Shown: piece by piece, positions 9,701 to 16,985 of the stretch | Position numbering within the stretch: position 1 is the first letter of the stretch | Layout of the letters: each line of letters opens with the position of its first letter | NCBI GenBank assembly: GCA_030608385.1 | Contig: JAUWEG010000002.1 | Coordinates: forward strand, 28,879-52,878 | Source of the DNA: Candidatus Heimdallarchaeota archaeon | GTDB taxonomy: Archaea; Asgardarchaeota; Heimdallarchaeia; Heimdallarchaeales; Heimdallarchaeaceae | Direction: 5' to 3' | Length of the DNA stretch: 24,000 nucleotides | Notes under the pieces: model-generated | Databases searched by the model: none | The model's input: only the letters and a program-made list of their open reading frames with translations | What the model was told of the DNA's origin: nothing | Position numbers and translations under genes: made by a program

Positions 9701-9852
9701 AGCGATACGTAGAAAAGTGTCCAAAACCCCGTAAGAAAGCCGTTTTGAACCTCCCAAAACTTTATAAGGGTCAACGTTAGGAAACAGTATCGCTAACAAA
9801 ATTCGACTCTTAGACGAGCTCTAAAGAGTAAGACAACCATTCCAAGTGGTTG
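9701..9852 (+). promoter_or_regulatory. Structured leader or possible small RNA upstream of the wHTH gene
   Basis: Perfect 8-nt complementary arms AGCGATAC (9701-9708) and GTATCGCT (9787-9794); CAAAAC/GTTTTG/CAAAAC at 9722, 9742 and 9755; hairpins ACTCTTAGA-CGAGC-TCTAAAGAGT (9806-9829) and CAACCA-TTCCAAG-TGGTTG (9834-9852). Confidence 0.4.
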
Positions 9853-9873
9853 AGCATCAAAAAGGTGTAAAAA

Positions 9874-10146
9874 ATGAAAAGACGAAAACTTCCACGCGGT
9901 GGAGAAGACATAATTAAAGTCTTAGATGTAAGCGGCCCTATGACTCAGAAGCAAATCCTTGGGTCAGTAAGCCAACCCGAAAGGACTGTCCGTTACGGTA
10001 TTAGAAGGTTGCTTGAGAAAGGAATCCTTAAGAAAATGTCCAATTTATCAGATATGCGTAGTGTATTTTATTACTTGGATCCTGCAATACGTGACAACTT
10101 TGAGTTTCTCGTAGGAGAAACAGTTCAAGTTAGTCAAACAGCTTAA
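9874..10146 (+). CDS. Winged helix-turn-helix DNA-binding protein
   Basis: 90 aa; GGEDIIKVLDVSGPMTQKQILGSVSQPERTVRYGIRRLLEKGILKKMSNLSDMRSVFYYL has MarR/ArsR-like wHTH organisation. SD-like AAGGTG upstream. Confidence 0.72.
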   Translation: MKRRKLPRGGEDIIKVLDVSGPMTQKQILGSVSQPERTVRYGIRRLLEKGILKKMSNLSDMRSVFYYLDPAIRDNFEFLVGETVQVSQTA

Positions 10147-10188
10147 GTTTATGCTGGAGTTTTAGGCTCCGTAAATATAGGGAGTGTG

Positions 10189-10213
10189 AGAGGGTTTTTC
10201 CCTCTTTTTTTTT
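10189..10213 (+). terminator. Hairpin followed by T-run, transcription terminator of the wHTH gene
   Basis: AGAGGG-TTTTT-CCCTCT immediately followed by a T-tract; about 43 nt after the stop codon. Confidence 0.65.
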
Positions 10214-10279
10214 CTACTATTTCCCTTTAATCCCATTCAACACAAATTATATTAATCTTGTAAACTTTTCTTAGCTGTA

Positions 10280-10591
10280 ATGACCGCTATTTCCCCTCCC
10301 GATGAGATTGATAATTTGTATAACGTGGCTTTATGGATGCGCTCTACAGTACAAGCTTATCAAGATGGTACAATTAATCGCAAACTCACTTCAGGAATGG
10401 CAAAAAAAGTTCTAAGAAAGATAAAGAGCTATATACCAACACAACAAGAAAAAGAACACAAAGAAGCCATTGAAGATCTCTGTATCTCTCTAAGTACTAT
10501 TGACAGAGCAGAGGGTAGTTTTGAAAAGTTTTATTTAGATAGTCTCATAGAGGATTTGGAAAGAATAGCTAAACTATTAGAAGAGGAGTAA
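10280..10591 (+). CDS. Small helical hypothetical protein, probable partner of the adjacent GTPase
   Basis: 103 aa ORF ending 1 nt before the GTPase ORF (10593), indicating a tightly coupled pair. Confidence 0.62.
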   Translation: MTAISPPDEIDNLYNVALWMRSTVQAYQDGTINRKLTSGMAKKVLRKIKSYIPTQQEKEHKEAIEDLCISLSTIDRAEGSFEKFYLDSLIEDLERIAKLLEEE

Positions 10592-10592
10592 A

Positions 10593-11129
10593 ATGAGTAA
10601 AATTCAACCAGATTACAACTACAAAATTCTATTATTGGGATCCGCTGCTGTTGGTAAAACAAGCTTAGTACAACGATTTGTTCACGACAGATTTGATGGT
10701 TCCTACCTTATGACTATCGGCATGGAACCGTCTGAAAAACACATAGATTTAGAAGATGGAACAAGAGTTGCTCTTTCTATCTGGGATTTAGCAGGGCAAG
10801 AAAGATTTCGTTTCATCCGACACACATTCTACAAAGGGGCAAGAGCAGCATTACTAGTTTATGATTTAACAAGAGCTGCAACTCTCAAAGATGTTCAAAA
10901 GTGGGAAAAGGAATTTGTAGATAACTGTGGTAAAGATGTAATCAAAGTTCTTGTTGGAAATAAAGAAGATTTAAAAAATCAAATTGCTGTTTCAAAAAAA
11001 GAATATGAGGCAGTTCACACAAAAATAAAAAGCCACTACAGCATCATAACAAGTGCGTTAACTGGTAATCAAGTAGAAGAAGCATTCACTAACATTGCAC
11101 AATTATTAGTCAATCAATCAAAAAAATAA
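10593..11129 (+). CDS. Ras/Rab-like small GTPase
   Basis: 178 aa; G1 GSAAVGKTSLVQRF, switch I TIGMEPS, G3 WDLAGQERFRFI, G4 VGNKEDL, G5 TSALTG. No C-terminal Cys prenylation motif. Confidence 0.93.
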   Translation: MSKIQPDYNYKILLLGSAAVGKTSLVQRFVHDRFDGSYLMTIGMEPSEKHIDLEDGTRVALSIWDLAGQERFRFIRHTFYKGARAALLVYDLTRAATLKDVQKWEKEFVDNCGKDVIKVLVGNKEDLKNQIAVSKKEYEAVHTKIKSHYSIITSALTGNQVEEAFTNIAQLLVNQSKK

Positions 11130-11131
11130 GT

Positions 11132-11752
11132 TTAATTTTTTTCTGTTTCTTCTTTGATTTCTTCTTCAGAATCTTCAGCTAATTCTTCATCATCAAAGAA
11201 AAGCATACTATCTAGAACTGTATCAAGCAAGGGTCTTTCTGGCGGAGACATTGATTTTGTTACTGAATCAGCTATTCCTATTTCCAAAGAAGAAAGATCT
11301 GCTTTGGGACCTCTAGGTCTTTGTGTGATTACCCCTGTAGATTGTATTCGCTCAATCATACTTTTCATTGAAGAGATTTCTTCTTTCAGTTCCTTAAAAA
11401 CAGTAATATCTTCAAGTTTATCAAGTAATTTATCCACTTTTTCAATTTCTTTCTGGGTTTTTTGTTCAAATTTCTTACCATTTTCAATGATTCTAGCTAA
11501 TCTACCATCCGTAACAGGAGTATTTATCCCAGAAGCCGTTTTCACTCCTCTGGAGACTGTTGACGCCATCTGCATTCTAAAATCATCCAACGAGCCGAAC
11601 ATCTCCTTATGATGTGCCTTGATAGACTCTAAAACTGCTTTATCATTATTCCCATAGTATGAAACCAAATCCTGCAACATATCGAAGAACTCAAGAGGAA
11701 TGGGGATTTCAATAATTCGAGCAACTTTTTGAGTTCTATGTTCATCATACAT
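11132..11752 (-). CDS. Coiled-coil hypothetical protein with acidic C-terminus
   Basis: 206 aa; IEIPIPLEFFDMLQDLVSYYGN N-terminus, charged coiled-coil centre, DDEELAEDSEEEIKEETEKN tail. Converges with the GTPase gene, 2 bp apart. Confidence 0.6.
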   Translation of the reverse strand: MYDEHRTQKVARIIEIPIPLEFFDMLQDLVSYYGNNDKAVLESIKAHHKEMFGSLDDFRMQMASTVSRGVKTASGINTPVTDGRLARIIENGKKFEQKTQKEIEKVDKLLDKLEDITVFKELKEEISSMKSMIERIQSTGVITQRPRGPKADLSSLEIGIADSVTKSMSPPERPLLDTVLDSMLFFDDEELAEDSEEEIKEETEKN

Positions 11753-11899
11753 AAGATAACCTCAAGACAAAGCGTTCTTGTCTGTTATGTTTTGTTTTGA
11801 TTATTTAAAGTATTTTTTGGCAAGAGACTTAATTCAAAGTGATAAAAATTAAAATTAATAAAAGAAGAAATTTAAAAACTCAAAAGGTAAGATATCTCA

Positions 11900-12022
11900 A
11901 TGAATACTGGAAAAAAAACTATTTTAGCATGTGTAGCACACCCTGATGATGAAATTGGGTGTATAGGTACTTTAGTTAACAATGTAGGGAAGGGAGATAG
12001 AGTCGATAAAATGGAAAAGTAA
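11900..12022 (+). pseudogene. Truncated 5' fragment of a PIG-L/LmbE-family deacetylase gene
   Basis: MNTGKKTILACVAHPDDEIGCIGTLVNNVGKGDRV then unrelated DKMEK*; parallels MVDEKKTIFACVAHPDDEIGCIGTLVNHVNRGDKV of the intact gene at 14287. Confidence 0.78.
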
Positions 12023-12053
12023 TCTACTACCAATTAGAAAAAGGTTATCTTAT

Positions 12054-14057
12054 TCATTCGTCTACAAGGATGAACTCTGTAAGAAGTTTTTGTTGAGATA
12101 AAAGTGTTCCTTCCTTAAGTTTCTTAATATCATTTATTATCCTTGATATTGTTCTTCTATTTCCCTCTGTAGTTTTGTGTTTTAATTGTTCTACTAATTC
12201 ATCACTAGAAATAAAAACAAAGTTCTCCTTAGAGTCAATTTCTATTGGTGTTTCTATATTCAAGCACCAAAAAATAACCTTGCTAGCATATTGAGGATAA
12301 ATGACTGAATCTTTAAATGTTAAAATATAAGGTGACTTCTTAACTTCGATAATCTCAAATGACCCATCGGTTTTTTCTATAAGTATTTCAGGTACTATCC
12401 AGTTTTTTCCTCCAAAATCTGGAGTTTCAATCTTTGGTTACCAAAACCATTTTTCTTCTTTTAAAAGCTGTTGAGCAATTCGATGGCAGATTCTTTCCCA
12501 GAGATATCCTATTAGCTCTACATCACCTAGATTACAATATGGACAACCTGTTGCTCTACGACTTGTTCTGTTATGCGGAGATGTTTTCCATTCATGATCT
12601 GGGTCCTTATCACATTTCCACCAATATCTTTTAGCAGACCCTGCAACGACTTTATCAGGTGTAATCTTCCCATTCTTTTCTTGGTACCATTCTTTAGCTA
12701 GGTCAGGATAGAGTGAGGCTAAGGAATTAGTGACTGAAACCTTCTGTCCAGCACAAAAAGGACAACCACCTCCTGAACTTCTGATTCGATTAGATAGCGA
12801 TGTTTTCCATTCATGGTCTGGACCCTTATCACACTTCCACCAAAATAGTTTCCCCGAGCCTACAACGACTTTATCTGGTGTAATTTCCCCATTCTTTTCT
12901 TGGTACCATTCTTTAGCTAGGTCAGGATGGAGTGAGGCTAAGGAATTAGTGACTGAAACCTTCTGTCCAGCACAAAAAGGACAACCACCACCTGAACTTC
13001 TGGTTCGATTAGCTAGTGTTGCTTTCCACACATGGTCTGATCCTTTATCGCACTTCCACCAAAAATATTTGCTGGATTTTGCTGTAATTTTATCTGGAGT
13101 AATTTCCCCATTCTTTTCTTGGCGCCATTCTTTAGCTAATTCAGGATAACAAGAAGCTAAGGAATTAGTGACTGAAACCTTTTGCCCAGAACAAAAAGGA
13201 CAACCTCTTTTTTGATTCGTTCTTGTATTTGGAGTTGCTTTCCACACATGGTCTGGTCCTTTATCGCACTTCCACCAATATAATTGTCCCGAGCCTGCAA
13301 CGACCTTATCAGGTGTAGTGTCTCCATTCCTTTCTTGGTGCCATTCTTTAGCTAATTCGGAATAACAAGAAGCTAAAGAATTAGTGACTGATAGCTTAAG
13401 GTTTTGGCAGAAAGGGCATCCTGATTTAGTTTTTCCGGTCCTATGTCCTACTTTTGTTTTCCATATGTGATCTGGGCCCTTATCACAGCTCCACCAATAT
13501 GCTTTACTTGTGTTAAATTTCACCATTTCTGGAGTAATTTTTCCATTTTTCTCTTGAAACCATTCATCAATTAATTCAGGAAACACAGTTGACAGAGAAT
13601 TTGTTATAGAAAGCTTTTTTCCTTCACAAAAAGGACATCCGGTCTTTCTCTTTCCTGTTCTATTTCTTATTTCTGTTTTCCATATGTGATCTGGGCCCTC
13701 ATCACAGCTCCACCATACGCTCTTGTGAGAACCAGTTATAACCATGTTTGGTTTTAATTCTTGATTTTTTGTTGGATGCCATTGTTTTGCTAGTCCTGGA
13801 TGAATTGATGCTAAAGAATTAGTGACAGAAGGTTTAAGACCGCGACAAAAGGGACATCTTGTTCTCTTGTAAGTTCTTGCTTCTACTGTGGTTTCCCATA
13901 CATGATCTGGTCCCCTATCACATTTCCACCAAACTTTCTTTTTTGACCACATAGAGGTGTTTTCTGGTTTAAAATCCCCATTTTTTGTTGGATGCCATTG
14001 CTTTGCTAGTTCAGGAAAATCAATTACAAATTTGGGCTTATCTCTATTTTTTGACAT
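12054..14057 (-). pseudogene. Repeat treble-clef zinc-finger (DUF4379-like) protein with C-terminal PD-(D/E)XK nuclease-like domain; interrupted by one in-frame TAA
   Basis: ORF 14057..12438 encodes seven ~72-aa repeats (ELAKEW-QEKNG-ITPDK-WWKCDKGPDHEWK-R-GCPFC). The same frame continues after TAA (12440-12438): PKIETPDFGGKNWIVPEILIEKTDGSFEIIEVKKSPYILTFKDSVIYPQYASKVIFWCLNIETPIEI...ILVDE*, stopping at 12054. Confidence 0.8.
12536..14012 (-). repeat. Seven tandem coding repeats of ~216-219 bp (approximate bounds)
   Basis: Protein repeats share EW/QW, WWKCD, PDH.WK, CPFC and SVTNSLAS. The repeats at the 12.55-13.1 kb end are nearly identical in DNA (e.g. cctgaacttctg...cgattagctag; ttctggtacc-like blocks recur). 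Confidence 0.85.
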
Positions 14058-14286
14058 TAAACCAGACCTAGAATTTTATTTTCATGTATACTTATTAGAA
14101 TTTCATTCTTAAAGTCAACTTTCACTTTTGGCTTTAGTTCACTTAAGATTACTCGCTTTCTAATAGGATGTCTATATGTATTGTTATTGTCCTTCTACAG
14201 ATTGAGTAAATTTCAAACTCCTTTCCACAGATTTCTCTTGCTCTTCTTAGATGAAATTTAAAAACACATACTCTTATTTTGTAGCA

Positions 14287-14994
14287 ATGGTAGATGAAAA
14301 AAAAACAATCTTTGCATGTGTAGCACATCCAGATGATGAAATAGGGTGCATAGGAACACTTGTAAACCATGTTAACAGGGGTGATAAAGTGTTTCTGGCT
14401 TGGACAACTAGCGGTGAAATGGCCTCACATTTTAATGGAATGTCTTCTTCTGAAGTGAAAGAAATAAGAGAAAAACAAGGAAAAGATGTTGGGAAGATAA
14501 TTGGTTGTGAAACTCTTTTTCTAGAATATGGTGATACATCTGTGAGAGCTACAAGAGAAAGTGCGCTGAAAATGGCTAAAGTGATAGCTGAGGTCAAACC
14601 AGATGCAGTAGTAACATGGTCAATGAACACAAGACATCCAGATCACAGAGGAACTGCTCAAATACTCTATGATGCAATCACATATGCGCGTATTCCAAAA
14701 ATAACAGAACCGCTAGATCCTTATAGACCTCCACTTCATATTCCAATCTTCATGTATCATGAGGAAATATCACCTTTGCCAACGATCTACATAGATGTAA
14801 CTTCCTCTTTTGAGAAAGTTAAGGAAGTAGCTAAACTTTATGGTGATTTCTACAATTGGCAACAAGTTGATGATTGGTTAGATGTTAATCGACGATCCGA
14901 TGGAATGAAGTGTGGAGTAAAATATGCAGAAAAATTTAATGTTTTATCTAGATTTCTACCTGTTGAGAAACATTTACCTATAAACAAATCTTAG
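14287..14994 (+). CDS. PIG-L/LmbE-family N-acetylglucosaminyl deacetylase
   Basis: ACVAHPDDEIGCIGTLVNHV, LAWTTSGE, TWSMNTRHPDHRGTAQILYDAI. The ORF opens at 14251, but the alignment with the truncated copy supports the ATG at 14287. Confidence 0.87.
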   Translation: MVDEKKTIFACVAHPDDEIGCIGTLVNHVNRGDKVFLAWTTSGEMASHFNGMSSSEVKEIREKQGKDVGKIIGCETLFLEYGDTSVRATRESALKMAKVIAEVKPDAVVTWSMNTRHPDHRGTAQILYDAITYARIPKITEPLDPYRPPLHIPIFMYHEEISPLPTIYIDVTSSFEKVKEVAKLYGDFYNWQQVDDWLDVNRRSDGMKCGVKYAEKFNVLSRFLPVEKHLPINKS

Positions 14995-15061
14995 GACTGC
15001 TTTAAGTGATAAAAAAATAAGTTTAATAACTTGATTCCTTGCTTTGTGATGAAGGTAGCCA

Positions 15062-15454
15062 ATGACAACTGATGATGAACTGGAGAAAATTAAGCAAAGA
15101 AAAGCAAAAGAGTTAATGCAAATTGCTGAACAAAGAAAACAACGAATGGAAGAGTTGAAAGAAGCAAAAGAATCTCCAACAAGTATAGAAGAGAAAGATA
15201 AATTGGCATTAATGCAATATTTTTTGGCTCCAGATGCTTATGATTATTGGATTAATCTCTATGAGAATCTATCTAAAAAACCAACTGCAGAAACAATCTT
15301 CAAAAACGTGTTATATATGATTAAGATTGGTTTTCTTGAGGGAAAACAGATATCGAGATTAGGTGTCAAAAAGTTAGAAAGAGAAATAGAAGGGATTCCT
15401 TCCTCTATAACAATAAAAAGAAAGGGAGAGAAGGAAAAGAGGACAACTTATTAA
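15062..15454 (+). CDS. PDCD5-family (TFAR19-like) DNA-binding protein
   Basis: 130 aa; DDELEKIKQRKAKELMQ N-terminus, LMQYFLAPDAYDYWINL..KKPTAETIFKNVLYMIKIGFLEGKQIS core, SSITIKRKGEK tail, matching the PDCD5 layout. Confidence 0.65.
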   Translation: MTTDDELEKIKQRKAKELMQIAEQRKQRMEELKEAKESPTSIEEKDKLALMQYFLAPDAYDYWINLYENLSKKPTAETIFKNVLYMIKIGFLEGKQISRLGVKKLEREIEGIPSSITIKRKGEKEKRTTY

Positions 15455-15563
15455 TTTTCCAAAACATTGAGCTTCTGCAAATTCAAAAAACGCAGAATAA
15501 TTTGGTAAGCTTTAAGAATGAATATGTTAATAGAAATTTAGAAAGATTTAGGTGTGAACAAAA

Positions 15564-15800
15564 GTGAGAATAACTGTAGTAACAGCAATTGGTGGAGGAA
15601 AAATAGATTTAGATGTTGATCCACATTCAACAGTTGCACAATTAAAGAGAGAAGTTGCTAAAAAGAAGAAAATTCCTGCTAACACAGTCATTATAGTTTT
15701 CCATGGTAAGCAACTCGATGACAGTGAAATACTAAAACAAACAGGAATGATGGATGGCGATAAATGCTATCTTATTGCTAGAACTAAAGGTGGACTTTAG
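15564..15800 (+). CDS. Ubiquitin-like modifier precursor
   Basis: 78 aa; ITVVTAIGGGKIDLDVDPHSTVAQLKREVAKKKKIPANTVIIVFHGKQLDDSEILKQTGMMDGDKCYLIARTKGGL: ubiquitin fold, GKQLDD, C-terminal GG plus one Leu. Confidence 0.93.
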   Translation: MRITVVTAIGGGKIDLDVDPHSTVAQLKREVAKKKKIPANTVIIVFHGKQLDDSEILKQTGMMDGDKCYLIARTKGGL

Positions 15801-15939
15801 TTTTATCTAAACACTTCTTTTAATTTAGTTTTCTTTCATAAAAAGCTCTTTTTATAGATTTTCTCGTTGTTTTCAGTGTGATAGTAAAAAGAAACTTATA
15901 TCAGTTCTTTCTATGTGAGTCATTCAAGGAGTTCATTAA

Positions 15940-16944
15940 ATGGATGGAGATGAGCGCTACTCAAGACAACAACTTATCCCAGGATGGGATCAACTAAAAC
16001 TTGACAATGGTTCTGTTGTTCTAGTGGGGGTTGGAGCAATAGGGAGCTATGTAGCTACTGTACTTGTCTCTTCAGGAATAGGGAAACTTACGATTATTGA
16101 TTTTGATACAATTGAAGTTTCGAATCTAAATCGACAATTATTGTTTAAAGACGAGGATGTTGGTAAATCAAAATCAGAAACAGCTGTACAAAGATTGAAA
16201 GAAATAAATCCCAATATCGAAATTGATTTTTATCATAAAAAGATGGAGAATATTTCTGCATCAGTTTATGAGCAAGCAAATGTCATAGTAGCATGCTTAG
16301 ATACTTTTATTGGAAGAAGATGGATCAATTCGATGGCTATTCGAGTAAAAAAACCACTTGTTATGGGGGGTATGTTTGCTTTCTTAGGTAATGCACAAGT
16401 AATTATTCCATATGAAACAGCGTGTTTTGAATGCCAGCCTTTGGTACCAGATGAAGAGTTAGCTCAAGCATGCTCTCCATTTGGGGATGAAAGGAAAAAA
16501 GAGAGAAAAGAAATTGATGCAGAGCCACCTTTACCAGCTGTTGCCACATTATCATCAATTATTGGGGGAATAATGGCTCAGGAAACACTAAAGTTAATTC
16601 TGGAATTAGGTGAAAAATTGGAAAATTATCTTTTCTATGATGGTCTTCATAATGCTACAACAATTCTAGAATTAGAAAAATCCAAGGAATGTCCAGCTTG
16701 TGGCGAGATGTACAAATTAGAACAAATCGAGTTTGTAGCGCTTCCAACTGAAACTGTAAAAGAACTCAGAATGAGATTAATGTTGACTTATGGGTTAGAA
16801 AAACCAGACCTAATGGTGCAAGGAAAACTGTTAGAGGTTGAATCATTACTTGAAGATGCACTGGATTCGAAAAAGGCTATTGTATTCGTTCTAGACAAGA
16901 ATTTAGCTCAACCAATCAAAATAGTTTTGCAATTATCTGAATAA
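15940..16944 (+). CDS. E1-like ubiquitin-activating enzyme (ThiF/MoeB/UBA superfamily)
   Basis: 334 aa; GVGAIGSYVATVLVSSGIGKLTIIDFDTIEVSNLNRQLLF, VACLDTF, Zn CFEC/CPAC pairs, VATLSSIIGGIMAQETLKLIL, probable C-terminal beta-grasp domain. Confidence 0.92.
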   Translation: MDGDERYSRQQLIPGWDQLKLDNGSVVLVGVGAIGSYVATVLVSSGIGKLTIIDFDTIEVSNLNRQLLFKDEDVGKSKSETAVQRLKEINPNIEIDFYHKKMENISASVYEQANVIVACLDTFIGRRWINSMAIRVKKPLVMGGMFAFLGNAQVIIPYETACFECQPLVPDEELAQACSPFGDERKKERKEIDAEPPLPAVATLSSIIGGIMAQETLKLILELGEKLENYLFYDGLHNATTILELEKSKECPACGEMYKLEQIEFVALPTETVKELRMRLMLTYGLEKPDLMVQGKLLEVESLLEDALDSKKAIVFVLDKNLAQPIKIVLQLSE

Positions 16945-16985
16945 TCTGATCTTTTTCGCTTTTCAAATGCAACATTTTTTAAACT

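Noticed and set aside
9590-9799. 69-aa ORF (-) in the intergenic region
   Set aside because: No domain-like features; overlaps the inverted-repeat region, which better explains the sequence.
11154-11612. 152-aa ORF (+)
   Set aside because: Ser-rich mirror of the acidic coiled-coil gene on the - strand, which looks more protein-like.
12054-12263. 69-aa ORF (-) as an independent gene
   Set aside because: In the same frame as the 539-aa ORF across a single TAA; better read as the C-terminal end of the interrupted gene.
12434-12634. 66-aa ORF (+)
   Set aside because: Antisense to the zinc-finger/nuclease gene; no supporting features.
12730-13149. 139-aa ORF (+) with internal repeats
   Set aside because: Antisense by-product of the tandem zinc-finger repeats; the repeat periodicity keeps the frame open.
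12536-14012. CRISPR or structural DNA repeat array
   Set aside because: Repeats are ~216 bp, coding, and explained by a repeated zinc-finger module; no short repeat/spacer structure.
12000-14250. Transposase-driven mobile element
   Set aside because: The insert looks like acquired cargo, but I see no transposase, integrase or convincing terminal inverted repeats, so it is reported only as an insertion scar.
14149-14630. ORFs 14149..14370 and 14274..14630 (-)
   Set aside because: Antisense to the confident PIG-L gene.
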